Under the pieces are notes generated by a model. It saw only the letters and a list, made by a program, of their open reading frames with translations, was not told the DNA's origin and did not search any database. Of a stretch of DNA of 64,000 nucleotides, positions 25,118 through 38,589 are shown in pieces. The stretch comes from Lama glama (taxonomy: Eukaryota): positions 46,068,001-46,132,000 of the forward strand of contig CM052816.1 of NCBI GenBank assembly GCA_028534125.1. The letters run 5' to 3'. Made by a program: the position numbers and the translations under genes. Numbering within the stretch: the first letter of the stretch is position 1; the number at the start of each line of letters is the position of its first letter.

Positions 25118-25585
25118 TCTCCACATTCTCACCAACATTTGTTATTTGTTTTCTTTTTGATGATAGCCATTCTGACAGGTGTAAGGTGATATCTCATTGT
25201 GGTTTTAATTTGTATTTCTCTGATGATTAACGATGTTGAGCATCTTTTCTTGTGCCTGTTGGCCATCTATACGTCTTCTTTGGAAAAATATCTATTCAGG
25301 TCTTCTGCCCACTTTTTAATTGGGTTGTTAGTTTTTTTTTATGTTGAGCTGCATGAATTGCATATGTGTTTTGGATATTAACCCCTTATTGATCATATTT
25401 GCAAATATTTTCTCCCATTCAGTAGGTTGTCTTCATTTTGTCGGTGATTTCCTTTGCTGTGCAAAAGGTTTTAAGCTTAATTAGGTCTCATTTGTTTATT
25501 TTTGCTTTTATTTCCTCTGCTTTAGGATTCAGATAAAAAAATTGCTATAATTTATGTCAAAGAGTATTCCACCTAAGTTTTAGTT
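25118..25585 (-). mobile_element. L1 ORF2 internal fragment
   Basis: gatagccattctgacaggtgtaaggtgatatctcattgtggttttaatttgtatttctctgatgatt is antisense to the ORF2 motif [20 protein letters not shown]. Confidence 0.92.
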
Positions 25586-25619
25586 TGTAAAACTTTGCTG
25601 TATTTTATATATTAAATTT

Positions 25620-26742
25620 CAGAGGTCTAATTTTAGAACATTTTCAGCACTCCAGAACAAATCCCGTTTAGCTGTAACTCCCTGATGCATACTCCTCCTA
25701 TGTCATCTGGGAGCTACTGGTCCCCAGTTCTATTCATACTGGAACGAAGATGAATTTACCTTTTCTGAACACTTTATATAGATGGTCTTTTGTGACTGGT
25801 TTCTTTAACTTAGTATGACATTTTTCCAGGTTTATTAATGACATAGCATATGTCAGTACTTCATTTTTTTTATTGATGAATAATAATATTCCATAGTATG
25901 GATACATCACATTTTGTTTAATCATTAATCAGTTGGGTTGTTTCCACTTTTTAGCTAAAGAATAATGCTGTTATGAACATTTGTGTGCAAGTTTTTATAT
26001 AAACATGTATTTTTATTTCTCTTGGTTATATAACTCAGAGTAGAACTGTTTGATTACATGGTAACTTTATGTATAACATTTTGCAAAACTGCCAAAGTGT
26101 TTTTCAAAGTGGCTACACCGTTTTATAATCCCACCAGCAATGAATGAAAATTCTGATTTATTTACATCCTTACCAAAACTTGTTTTTGCTTGCCTTTTTT
26201 ATGTTAGCTGTTCTTATGGGTGTTTAGTGGTATCTCATTGTGGTTTTGATTTGTATTTCCCTAATGACTAACATTTGCTTATTGGCCCTTTGAATATCTT
26301 CTCTGGAGTAATGTCTGTTTACATTCATTGCTCATTTTTAAGTTCGAGTTATTTCTCTTTTTATTGTTGAGTTGTAAGAGTTCTTTATATATTCTAGATA
26401 TAAGTCCTTTATCAGATGTATGATTTGAAATTACTCTCTCAGTTTCTGTGGGTTATTTTCTCTTTTTGATGGTATCCTTTGTAGTACAAAAGTTTTTAAT
26501 TTTGATGAACTCTATTTTTTTCTTTTGGCACTTGTGCTTTTGGTGTCATATTCAGGAAACCATTATCTAATAGAGGTCTATACCTATGTTTTCTTGTAAA
26601 AGTTTTATGGTTTTAGCTCTTCCTTATAAGAGTATTACAAATTTTGACTTAGTTTTTGCCCATGGTGTGACACAGTATTCCACCTTTACCCTTTTGTATG
26701 TGGTTGTTCAGTTGTCCCAGCACCATTTGCTGAAAAATCTTT
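25620..26742 (-). mobile_element. Older L1 (L1MB-like) 3' end and ORF2 C-terminus
   Basis: ttttagaacattttcagcactccaga (3'UTR), tagtggtatctcattgtggttttgatttgtatttccctaatgact and cagttgtcccagcaccatttgctgaaaa (ORF2 antisense). Confidence 0.9.
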
Positions 26743-29700
26743 CATACATTTTTCACTTTTTTAATTAATGTATTAGTTTTATGATTAAAAACACTAATAA
26801 TAATACAAAACATTTTTCAAAATTAAATTGAAATATATGTAGGAAGATAATGGACTGTTACAGAAACTGAAGGCGGGAAACTGATTCAAGGAAAGTTAGG
26901 AAGGCTAAGCTGTCGTATGCAAAATAGATCTCAAGGAAATTAGAAGAGAGACCAAACTTTTGGAGAATATGTTCAAAGGCTGAGTTTGTTTCATTTAAAG
27001 AGTAGGTGTATGAATAATGTGGAGATAAAAGCAGTGAACGTGGACTGTGCTTTCAAGAAATTTTGTGGGAGAGAATCAGAGTTTAAAAGAAAAGCGATGG
27101 AAGGAAGATTCTTATAGTGTAGAAGAACATGATTTTTGAAAAAAATTTGACATCAGTTATGAAAAGATCGAGGATGCAGAATAAGAGGGAATAATTGATT
27201 TTAAACAAAAAAGATGTGCAAGAAGGACGTCTAATAGGCTTTGGAGTAGAGCCCATGGTTCACGTGTGTTGAATGTAAGAAAGCAAAGGAGAAATACTAA
27301 GTGATAAGTTGAATAACTGAAAAGGGCAGAGGGTGTTGAAAGGACGAGAGAAAGAAGGTATGCAGCAGGAATGGATGGGTCAAGAGTAAAAAAGGATGAA
27401 TTGTTCAACAGATAAAGAGAATTCTCTTTCCCTGACACGGCATTCTGATGTGATTATTGAGTCCAAGTTTATAAACTAGACAAGCTTTTTGTTTGTTGAT
27501 TCACCTGTGTACAAGGAATATCAAATGGGAGTTTGTCCTAGATATGTATTTTGCTTATATACTCTGAGAGTTAATCAAAATAAACAAAAAGATATGACTC
27601 CTCTGAAAATCAAGACATCTAGAAATCCTGAGCCTACACATTAAGGAAAAGTGACAGTCACTGAGGGGTTCAGATTACTTGACCTCTTTAGAAAAAGAAT
27701 CCAATTCACAGTTTGCATCAGTCTTTATCATTCCCATTTATGTGTGGGGCAATAATCAATAATTAATAAGGAAACAGAATTATAAGCAGAGATTATATAA
27801 GCAGAGATGCTTACCTGCTTCCTTATTTATAACTTTTTAACTTCATAGTTGAAAAAGAGGAGTGACATGTGTCTGTTTAGTGAAACCTGTAACGTGGGAG
27901 GCTGGGTGAGGAAAGGGCATTGCTAATAAACAACCAGATCTGGATTTATTGTGCTTAAGAATTCAAGGACATTTAACGCAACAGTTGTAAACCATGAATG
28001 GGAGTTGAGGGGCTACCAACATAAATATACAGATATTTTTAAATTAGAGCCGTTCCACTTTTCCCCCACCTCTTCTCTATGGTAATGAGCAAATAAGAAA
28101 TGTATAATATCCAAGATGCTCTAATTCCCAGAACACTAGCTGGTACAAATGACAATTGCAGTTTCACATTTCTGAGAATCTGAGAAAATAAGTACATTTT
28201 CATATAATGTTGCTTTTGAGTGTTCCAAAGGAAGCCTGTTAAAGGTTATAAATCATATCTTTTTAAACAATGCAGGTAGTGAATGTCCCTGATTTGTATA
28301 AATTTACAACTATCATTATAAGACTTTTGAACAATTCCCTAAAGCTGTTCATCTATGAACTTGAATAAATCATTGATGCTTTCTCACTGTGTTTCAGAAT
28401 TTTCACTTCTGAAGTACTGTAAGGTCTTCTTTCCCAACCTATTACATGTCAAACTTGTAGCCACTAGAAAGAATGGATTGGGACTTTCCTGCTATTTTTA
28501 TATAATACTTATAAAATTAAAAAAGTGTTTGATGCATTCACACATTTAAATCTGCTCAGGCACAATGGATGCTGCCCACATAGTTCTCTTTAGAAAAGTG
28601 TACACACATGAGGAATGTGTCCTACTCCCCCTTCAGCCATCCTGTAAAAATAGTCTCATAAGCAGAATGGAATGCTCGGGGTGGGGGGAGATCAGAAAGT
28701 TGCCAGATTTCTTTCTCTTTGCTTCGGCATCACATTCTAGCTCTTCTGGTGTTTTGTGGTCTAGCTCTACTGTTTCACTTGACTCTGTGGGACCACCCAC
28801 AAGTTGTCTGGTTTTGTCTTTTGATCTCAAAAGTGTCCCCCCCCTTTTTTTTTAATCTTCCATCTGATCAGTTTGGAGGAAGCTGAGAAGAAAGGCACTG
28901 GATGCCAGCGAACCTCATTCTCCAAGTACAGAGTCTATATAACACTGGTACATGGGAACAGGTATTTTGTATTTTCATGTTTTCTAAGTCACTTATCACT
29001 ATCAAGAATGGATAGACCCACATTTTCAAACCAAGCTCTCTGGAAACACATAAATAGCAAGCCGTTCCCTCACACAAATTTTCACAAAACAGTATCAATA
29101 ACAGCAAAGGAAAGAAGAAAACCACTCTAGTATTAAAAAAAAAAAGTTTTGCAGTTTTTATTCTAGTTGATTCCAAAGGTAAACATTATAAAGAGAAATT
29201 TAAATACACAGATACATGTACACAAGCAAAATTTGTTTACTGCCTTCTTCCCCATCCACCACTTCCCACGATGGGGAGGGAAGAAGAAGACCATAAAACC
29301 ACAGATTTAATAATGTTGGGTGCTTGCAGCAGCTATTACAGTGAAACAGTCATCATTTCTGTTAATATCTTCTGTTCTGGTGGTGTTTATTTTTATGTTC
29401 ACCCCAGAATATAATTGGATACTTGAAAGTATTTGTGTTCCTATTGAGGTTGTTTTGGGGGATGAGTGATATAATGTCACTTAATTGCTAGATTTTAAAA
29501 ATAGGGTTAGAATTGTCTGTCAGCCTCATCTCAGTAGATATCACTAAGATTTCAATCAGCTGGTGCTGGTGATTATGATAAATAAGGAGGAATGGTTAAG
29601 GATTTCTGAGAGGCCAGGTATGAAATTACAGCAAAATTTCATTTCAGAGCATGTTGAAAGATTGACACATGAGAATTGTCTTACAACATGTGGCTTCCCT

Positions 29701-30829
29701 CTTAAATAATTTACTTTGTCAAAGTTGAATTCTGATATAAATAGAAATGAAAACTTCAGTTCTCCAAACTTCTCTTTCCTTCTCTTTTTTCCTTTCTTTT
29801 TCTCTTTACTACCTCATTCTTCTCTTCCTTTCTTACTTAGATTAGTATCCACCTATCTTAGGTTGATATAATCACTACTTAATAGAGTATTAGTAAATTA
29901 CTACAAAATCCTTACCAATATTTAAAAAATAACAATTTGGATGTTTCTTGAATTTTTAAAGAAATCAAAGAGATGATGAGACACTCCTTATTTTTAAAGG
30001 AAGTTAAATCCTTTAAAAATAAAAATCGGAAATCTAGAAGCATTCGTCATCTTCCAAAAAATGTAATGAAAACTCTTATTTCCCGTTTCCAGTGAAATCT
30101 CATTATGCTTAATGTAGAACTGCATTTGCATGACTTTATTCTAAGTATTTAAAAGTGCTTTAACCAGTGTCTTTTGACTTGGCAAAGTGAAATCACTATG
30201 TTGTTAATCAGTAAAAGGCATTTTATATCATTTAAATTATTAGAATTAGTTACCACTAAAGTGATCAGCATTATTTACTTTCAGGCAGTTTAGCATCATG
30301 GAAAGGTACTGCATGCTTGGTTTCCTTAGGCAACAAGAAGACAATCAAAGGCATAATTCTAAACTGATTTATATAGTGCAAGAAATTTACTGATCTAAAA
30401 ATTTACTAAGAGGGAGACCAGCACAGCTGCCCCTATAGGAAATGATTTTTGCATAGTAAGTGTTGATCTGCATAACCATATGATCATTGCAAGTGCTGAT
30501 TACCAAATCTGAATCATCATTACTTAGCAAACTTCTATAAATACACATGGCACCATGTAATATATTCAGCTGTGCTAAATTAATGACAAAGTCCTTACCC
30601 CCAAGGAGTTTGGGGGTCTAAAAACAAAGATTGACACAAAAGATGAAAATATAGGACACACAGAGTTGGGGGAAATTTTTAGTGAAATAAATTCAGCAAA
30701 GGATTTTTATGGTTTGTGGTAAAGAAGGAATTAGGAATTCATATGAAGTTTGCCTTTCAGATTGCTCTCACTGCAGACTAAGTGCTGGCCTGTGAAAGAA
30801 CTCCAACATTTTAATCTCCTGACTTAGGA

Positions 30830-31500
30830 ATTTCAAACATGTATTTCTAATTGCATTTTTTTTATATCTTCCCATGAGTATATTTAAATTCCATAAAATC
30901 AACATACCTACAACTGAACTCATTATCCCTTCTTCACTGTTGTCTCATTCTGTAGATCAGCTCCTGCCTTGGTTAAAGGCACTATCTTCCCCTGGTGATT
31001 ACTCAAGATATTTCAGAGGTACCTTCTCACCATTCTTCTCCCTCATCTGCCACTGAGTTCTGTAGATTACAAAACTGGTGTATGTTTGGTATACATTTGT
31101 ACTTCCTTAGTCTTAATTCAGGGCTTCATATTTTATTTTAGATGATTATTGGGCTCTTCAGTCGATCTCCTTCTTAAGCTGTCCTTAAAGTCACTCTTCG
31201 AGAACAAATCTTAGCCACTCCCGATCAAGTCTTGATAGCTCTCACTGTAAAGGCAGTATGGCTTCCCATAGCATTCCTGGCCCTTTACAACCCAACCGCA
31301 CCTCTCCTTCCATCCTTACTTTCTACTAACACCTACTCACCACACCCTGAAACTTTCATCTCTTTTAGCTTCTTTGCTTTGATTTATGATACTCTGGTCA
31401 TTTTATATAGTTGTGTATGTTCTTTCTATTCAAACATTTCAGATCTAGGAGAAAAATGCACCTCTCTTATGAAACTTTTTCAAGTAACTCAGGAGGAATA
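30830..31500 (+). mobile_element. L2 fragment (degraded)
   Basis: ataaaatcaacatacctacaactgaactcattatccctt and the downstream pyrimidine-rich text resemble the L2 3' region. Confidence 0.55.
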
Positions 31501-31629
31501 AATGTTGTTCTGCTAGAGAAATGTACCTATATAACATGGTAGAATTGTTGTCTAGTAGATACTGATTGGCTGCTGTTCTCCTTATACCTACACAGGCTCC
31601 CGGGTTTTTCCTCTCATGTTTGGCATGGT

Positions 31630-31870
31630 AATGCCTGACATTGTCTGTTTTCTACTATGTGGGGATCAAGCCTGTGGTTAGAGCCAACCTAGGATGAGGA
31701 GACAAGAGAAATTCCTTTTAGTGATGCATTTAGAATCTTTATCAAGCTGCTTCCAAAACTGGACCTATCCGTGAGCTAATCTGTTATATGAGTTAATGAC
31801 TTTCATTTTTGCTTAAGCCAATGTGTCAGATTGGGGTTTTCTGACACATACGTCCTGAAAAGTCCTATTT
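31630..31870 (+). mobile_element. Old MaLR LTR fragment (MLT1J/K-like)
   Basis: ctgttatatgagttaatgactttcatttttgcttaagccaatg...ttggggttttctgacac...aaaagtccta resembles an MLT1 LTR 3' end. Confidence 0.6.
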
Positions 31871-32194
31871 CTATCTCTTTGGATTTTCTAAAAACTGTTT
31901 GCTTACAAATATTTCCCCCAGTATAATTTATAAATTCTATGAGGACATGGAATGGTTTCTATCTTCTGCATCTCCTATCATGCCTGTCCTGGCTTATTGG
32001 GGGGTTATCAGTAATTTAAGCAGAGAGACCATATGATCCTCTGTCAAGAATGTTGCTGAAAGAAATACTTCAGGGATAGGAGATTGGACTGCATGACCTG
32101 AAATGCCCTGCCTACCCCTTGGCATTTTTTATGACTCTATTAATTTTAAAAGCTCCAGAAGTATTATATGCTGCAAAGTTGAAAAAGAAAAAAG

Positions 32195-32648
32195 TATATT
32201 ATGGTACTAAAGCAGTCATAACAAGGTACTACAAACTGGGGGGGGGGTTAAAACAACAAAATTTATTATCTCAAATTCTGGAGGATAAAAGCCCACAATC
32301 AAGGTGTCAGCAGGACCGTGCTCCCTCTGAAGGATCTAGGGGATACTCTCTTCCATGCCTTTCTCTTAGCTTCTGATGTTTGGCTGGCAGTCTTGGTGTT
32401 CCTTGGCCTGCAGCTGCGTAATTCCACATGCCTTCTCACATGGTACTCTCCCCATGTGTACACATGGCCATCTTCATATAAGGATGCCTGTCAGAGTCTA
32501 TTAGAAGCTCACCCTAATCTAATATGACCTCATTTTAACTTAACTGTTTACATGTGTATCAACCTAATTTCCAAATAAGGTCACGTTTTGAGGTGGTGGG
32601 GGTAGGTACTTCAGTCTCTTTTATTTGAGGGGGACACAACCCATAATA
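32195..32648 (-). mobile_element. MaLR solo LTR (MLT1B/C-like)
   Basis: cataacaaggtactacaaactggg...aaaacaacaaaatttattatctca...tcaaggtgtcagcaggaccgtgctccctctgaagg...tatgacctcattttaact...tccaaataaggtcac. Confidence 0.92.
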
Positions 32649-33229
32649 AAATGCCAGCAGCTAGGGCTTTGTAGGAGTAAGTTTTATAGGACTCTTTGCT
32701 CCACAGAGGGGAGTAGGGTAATTAAGACTCTGAGCGGGAAATCGAAATGACTTAAGGGGAGCAAAGGAAGTATTATCCACAAAGCTGACACCCAGTGACC
32801 AAAGACCATTTTTTTAAACAGATAAATTTTCCTCCGTGACTGGCAGTTAGATATGAAAGAAAACATAACCCAGTGGAGACTGTCTAGCTCTGTCAGGCAG
32901 AAGGTGATTCATGTTAACAACACGACCTTACTGATGAAGAGATGCTTTTGTTCATTTTTGTTCATGAATAAATTAGCTCTTTAAAAAATTCCTAGGAGAA
33001 AAATACCGTGTGAAGTTGTTTTCACTTTTATGGAGGTTATCTGTTTATTGAGATGAGGGCATTATGTAATTTTAATGAATGAAATGTAGCAATGTATTGT
33101 TTGGTTTCGTAACAAGATTAAAATTGATTCTGAACATAATGTAGATCTTCCTTGTTGAAAGGCAAACCCCAAGGCTTATTATCTTCCTGGAGGTGTTGTC
33201 ATCGAACAACTCCACTTGGAACACATGTT

Positions 33230-33450
33230 CAGAGTTCGGAGTTCATCGTGTCTTGGTTCAGATCCCACCTCCACTAGTATAATTGCCCGGTGACCTTGGG
33301 CAAGTTACTCAACTTCCTAAACTTCAGTTTCCTAAGCTATAACCTCAAAAGATTGTTGCGATGATTGAATTAACTAAATGCATGCAGGGCACTTACCCTT
33401 AATATTAAGGCACATAACCCTTAATAAAATTTGATTATCATCGCTGTTAG
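33230..33450 (+). mobile_element. MIR SINE
   Basis: ggttcagatcccacctccact...gtgaccttgggcaagttactcaacttcctaaacttcagtttcct. Confidence 0.88.
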
Positions 33451-33839
33451 AAAAGTCTAGAAGAATTTCTATTCAGAAATGCTTGTGGCAGAAACAGAAG
33501 AGAAAAACCTGAAATATAATATTTGAGAAATTATCAGTTTTGTGGACTTCTTTTGGCAACTATTTAGTTGTATTAATCACATGTGGGACTAGAATTTAAT
33601 TTTCTTCTGGAAAAAAAAGGCATCTATCTCTCTCGACAGTGAAAAGAAGGACTCCTTCAGAGGACTGTTCTTTGTATCTCTGTTCCTGCACCCAAAGTTA
33701 AATGTAGACTTCTTTGTGAAGCTTAATTCAGAATGGACAGGCACCAGATAATTCAGAGAGAAATACTATGCTTTGCGCCGCAGTAACCTTGATTGACTCT
33801 CTACAGAGATCCAAGCATCTGGGTAATGACTAGTCTGCC

Positions 33840-34997
33840 ATGCCGCCAGTGTTCTCGTCTTCCTCCCACATCCCTGGCCACTTCTTTTTTGCTGAAGGCT
33901 TCTTACCATCTATCTACCTGTCATGTGTGGTGTCCCTCAAAAAGTTTTAACCTCTTTTCTTCTTTCACTCAACATGTCTATGGATGGTCCATCCTCTCTG
34001 ATGGAGTCATATACCACCCATGTAGTGATAACCACTAAACCTCTGTAGTGAGCCACTTGCCTGCTTGATTTTTCCACCTAGTTATGGAAATCAGCAGAAT
34101 GTAAACTTTAGGGATTTATCTGTATTGCTCACACTATATCCAGTGTTTACCACAATGCCAAGCATGGAAGAGGGGTTCAGTAAAGACTGATTGAATAAAT
34201 AAGATGATAGAATATTCCACATATACCACTGGCCATTTTTGCCCCAACCCCGCTCCCTGCTCTTAGTTGTTAATGGCACCATGATTTACAAGGTGCTGAA
34301 CCCAGAGGCCTGGAGACATACTTAGTTCTTCCTCTTCTGGACTTTCCACATCCAGTCAATCTCCAATTCTGTCAATGTTATCTCTTTAAAATTTATCAGA
34401 TTGGTCCACTTGATGTTTTTGTTCAGGCTACCATAATCTTATTTCTCCATTGCTGCCTCAGCCCCAATCTGGTCTTCCCACCCTACCTGTTTTTGCCTAC
34501 TAACCCCAGAGTGAACTGGAGTGAAATCCAAATTCCTCTTCATTGTGTGCACACCCCCTTGAGAACTTTCCCAGTTCCATCTCACACCACTCCCTGCTTT
34601 CCAGTCTTTTTCTAGTCGTGCTAAATGGCTTCTCACGCTGGACTTACTCTGACCTTCTGTACACTGAACATATTTAGCCCTTGTCTCAGAAGCCTCCTGC
34701 TGCCAACTAACTTTTTTTTGGTCCTTGATTTGAGTTTAAAATCACCTCCTCTGGGAAACGTACCCTGACTTTACTCAGCCAAGGCAAGTGTGGGTGCTGC
34801 CACCTTCTCCAGAGCCCAGAGCTTACATTTCTAATGTCATTTAGCATTTAGCACTCTGTATTGCCCTTGCTTTCTAACCAGGAGATGCTGTAGGCATATT
34901 ACATGCTGGGACTGTGTTTTGTTCCTTGATATATTCCCAGCACCTAGGACAGTATTTGGCAAATAATCAACACTTAATAAATATTTGTTGAATGAGT
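33840..34997 (+). mobile_element. L2 fragments, including two 3' tails (~34100-34200 and ~34900-34997)
   Basis: cccagcacctaggacagtatttggcaaataatcaacacttaataaatatttgttgaatgagt is an L2 tail; upstream text resembles the L2 body. Confidence 0.8.
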
Positions 34998-35936
34998 GTT
35001 ATGTAGACACAGTGCAAAGTAGCCTTTGGCCAAAGCAGTGATTACGGTATTAGCAAATCTGTGCTATTATTTTTTTCTTCGGAACAGTTCACTTTGATTT
35101 ATCTTGAACTGTTATGCAAGCTGTAACTAAAAACGACTGTGCTTGACACTGACTATAAAAATACCACTGTGCAGACTGTGTTTTGAAAAACCAATATTGA
35201 AGCTCAAATCATTTATAGTGGTGTCCGTATTAAATGCTCTCTACCTACGTTCACTAAGCGTTGAAAGATTTTTTTACATCTTTCCTACAGATTTCTCCTC
35301 CAGCTGCTACCATTAAATAGCTTTTCTTACTTGGTCCACATTGTTGCTAAATGCAAACAAATCAGAATGTGGTGCAGAGTCCACCTGATTCCAAGAGTAA
35401 GTGGTAGTCACATGAATCATCCATTGACTCATTCAGCATAGGCAGCTCTTAATCTAACCTGGCATTTGTGGGTATGCGTGGAGGTTGGTTTGACCCACAG
35501 AGTGCTGCCCACACTTTCTACACTTCAGAACATTTCACATGTGGAGGGATTAGGGTAAGGTAGTGCATGCCTCATCATTGTCTCCTCCTCATACATGTAT
35601 GGGATGGATTTTAAGTTCCTGATTTTCCTGTACACAGGAGGTTAGTTATTATGTCAGCTAAGATCAAACTCTCCTCTCAGATTCATTGTTATTCTTAGTC
35701 CAAGATCCTCTTAAAATATTACAGTAGACCAAATCCCAAGTATCCATGTGTAAGTTAATGAATTTTGAAAATTCTCATACTTAAGGAGTTGTTACTGATC
35801 TTTGTAAATGTATCCATTGTAAAATTTTACATATTTCTTTCACCATCAAAGTGAACAACAAAATTGTTATTTAAAGTAATCCCGGAAGAGCAGCATGGGT
35901 AACAGTACTGATAGGGCCGGAAATGAGACAGCCTGG

Positions 35937-36310
35937 TTTTAACGGACTGAATTGCGTTTTCCCCACATACGTTGAAACTCTAACCTGCAGTGAAACTGTA
36001 TTTAGTGACAGCATCTTTAAAAAAATGATAAAGGTTAAATGAGGTCTTAGGGGTAGGCCCCTAATCGAATATGACCAGTTTCCTTTTAAGAAGAGGAGAC
36101 ACTCGGGGTGCCGGCTCACAGAGACAAGGCCATGCCAACACCCAGCTAAATGGCAGCCACCTGGAAACCAAGCAGAGAGGCCTCAGAAGCAACCATACCA
36201 GCTGTCCTTGATCTTGGACTTCCAGCCTCCAGAACTGTCAGAAAATAAATTTCACTCATTTAAGCCTCTTCTAAGTGGTCATTGGTATGACAGCCCAAGC
36301 AAATCTGAGA
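35937..36310 (+). mobile_element. MaLR solo LTR (MLT1B-like) inserted into a MIR
   Basis: ggactgaattgcgt...gttaaatgaggtcttaggggtaggcccctaatc...ttgatcttggacttccagcctccagaactgtcagaaaataaattt. MIR-like sequence flanks it at ~35889-35936 and ~36320-36520. Confidence 0.92.
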
Positions 36311-36639
36311 TTTAAAACCCACCTGGGTCTTAGTCCTGGCTTTTGTATTTCAAACAGCATGCTATAGGGGAGATACCTAGTTCCTGAATTTCATTGCCTT
36401 ATTTGTGAAAAATAACTAGAAATGCCACCTTAATGAGGTCATTGTGAGATAAGTCACAAATTATGATGTTGGTGCTTTGTGCCTTTTAAAAGTGGTATGA
36501 AATTATTGTTAGTTATCTTTATCATTATTGATAGTCACCAAATAGAAATCTGTATTATTTTGCTTTAAGTTCAATTTTTTGAGTCTTTCGTGAGTATTAC
36601 CAAATTTTTATTGTATTTTGGGACAATGATCAGAACAGA

Positions 36640-36860
36640 GAAAAGAGCATGTGTGTTAAGTCTCACAAAACAAATCCAGCTTTATCAGCTACTACCCATG
36701 TGTCTTGTAGGGAGTTACTTAACTTCTCAGAGTCTCAATTTTTTCCCTGTAAAATGGATCTGAAAACATCTAGAGCACATGAGATTACAGGACTAAGTCA
36801 GAACAGGTAGTCCCTCACACATGGTTGCATCTAATAAAGTCAGTGTTGACTGAATGAGTG
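36640..36860 (+). mobile_element. MIR SINE
   Basis: gagttacttaacttctcagagtctcaatttttcccctgtaaaatgga-like MIR core. Confidence 0.75.
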
Positions 36861-36959
36861 TGTCTCCCACAGTATCTAATTCCCTTTCAGCCCAACATGT
36901 GGGAATCTATATCCAGATTTTTTGTTGTTGTTGCATTCCTTTATTTCTTGGAGAACAGA

Positions 36960-37325
36960 ATAACAACAGCAACACAACAGCTAAGAAGTAGTGAGGACTT
37001 GCCATCTGCCGGGCACCATAATAAATGCTTCAGTTGGATTAATTTATATAATCTTCACAATTCCCCCATTATTATACTCATCCTACACTTAAGAAGACTA
37101 AAGCCCAGAGTAGAGTTGTCAGATTAAGGGTGGCCAAATATGGCACAGAATATGCTTACACTAAAAAATATCCATTGATTATTTGAAATTCGCATCCAAC
37201 TCGACATGCTGTATTTACTTGGCAGTGCAGTCCAGAGAGGCTAAGTAACTTGCCTGAAGTTACACAGGAGCTAGGCTTCCAATCCTTGCATGTGACTCAT
37301 AGAGCCCCAAATGTAATCCTCTATG
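36960..37325 (-). mobile_element. MIR SINE interrupted by a MER53-like MITE
   Basis: gggcaccataataaatgcttcagttggattaatttatataatcttcacaa...[insert]...agaggctaagtaacttgcctgaagttacacag. Confidence 0.85.
37111..37229. mobile_element. MER53-like hAT MITE (internally deleted) with an 8-bp TSD
   Basis: tagagttgtcaga...atgcttacactaaaaaatatccattgattatttgaaattcgcatccaactc...ttggcag. Flanks are gcccagag (37103-37110) and gtccagag (37230-37237). Confidence 0.75.
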
Positions 37326-38589
37326 GTTTACTAACTAGTATGATTTTAAGGAGAGACCATTTGGATAGGAGAAAGGAAATTAACCTGAGGATTATCCTAG
37401 CTGATAATTGGAATAGCTTCATAGATTGGGCTGGTTGCAAACAAGGTCATGGCAAAGGCTTCAGCAAAGCTTTGGGCTCTGAACTGAGAACTTGGGGCCC
37501 TAATTAGTTGGGCAGTCGGCTTTGACATCAGGAGCAGAACAAAGTTTAAAAGCAAGGTTTCTTTTTGCAGAATTGTTAAAAATATCTCTTTTTTTTTTCT
37601 CTTGCATTGAAAAACATTTCCCGAGTTGGAAATAATGCTACAGCTGAAATAGCTGCAAGTAAGTTAGAAAATGGCTATTAAGCGAGCGTCTTTGTAGAAA
37701 ACGGCAGTCCGTGATCGCTTTGCCAGTAAGCTGTAGTGAGTTGAAGCCGGACTTCTGCCCGTGCCTGGACAGGTCATTAAGTATCTAATCTGGTTCCTTC
37801 AGCCCTTACAGTGAGACAGGAGAACTTGTGCTGCAGAATAACCCAGGGATCTGTTAATTACACCAATGATGAGGTACATGTAACATTTACACCTCTCTGT
37901 TCCCCTTTCAGGAAGCAAAGGATACAGCCAAAAAGTAGGCAGAAAATCTAGAAAGGGACATTTTGTAGGAAGAAAATATTGGATTTAATTAATTTATACA
38001 GTTTATTTTTCCATCACATAAAAGCTGTTTATTTATTTGTATGGTTTAGGAGACTGGGGGAGGCTTGACAAATACGACCACCTGCCTGCTGAGCATATTC
38101 ATATTTAAACAAATGAAAGAGAACAAGGGAGGAGCTTAATAGAGCTTAAAATAAAATATAAATTAAAACAATATGTGGTTGAGATGTCCGAGCCAAAAGT
38201 GGGATTGAAAACCATCAGTAATTGATTCTTTAGATGATAGAGTATCATAGGTTTAAAAAAGGCTTAAAGAAACATTCAACTTTCAACTTCAAAAGTGAAA
38301 GTATTGATATCAAGTAACAATTTTTATGCTTAGAACTGCTAAGATGGGCCCCAGCTTTATGGATTGTGTTTCTAAAATTTTTTAATTCTCAGTTGTTTTG
38401 ATTTTGGGATATGTTTTACTATAGAAACTAGAAATTACGGTGACTTCTCCAAGTTAACCCACAAAAGCCTCCTCAGTTCTTAATATGCCTGAACTGATGT
38501 ATTGACCCAATAAAACAAAACAGTGTTTTCTATGTTCAGAGCTCGTATTTCAAAAGGACCATCTATAACAGTCTTGTCTAATTCATGTC

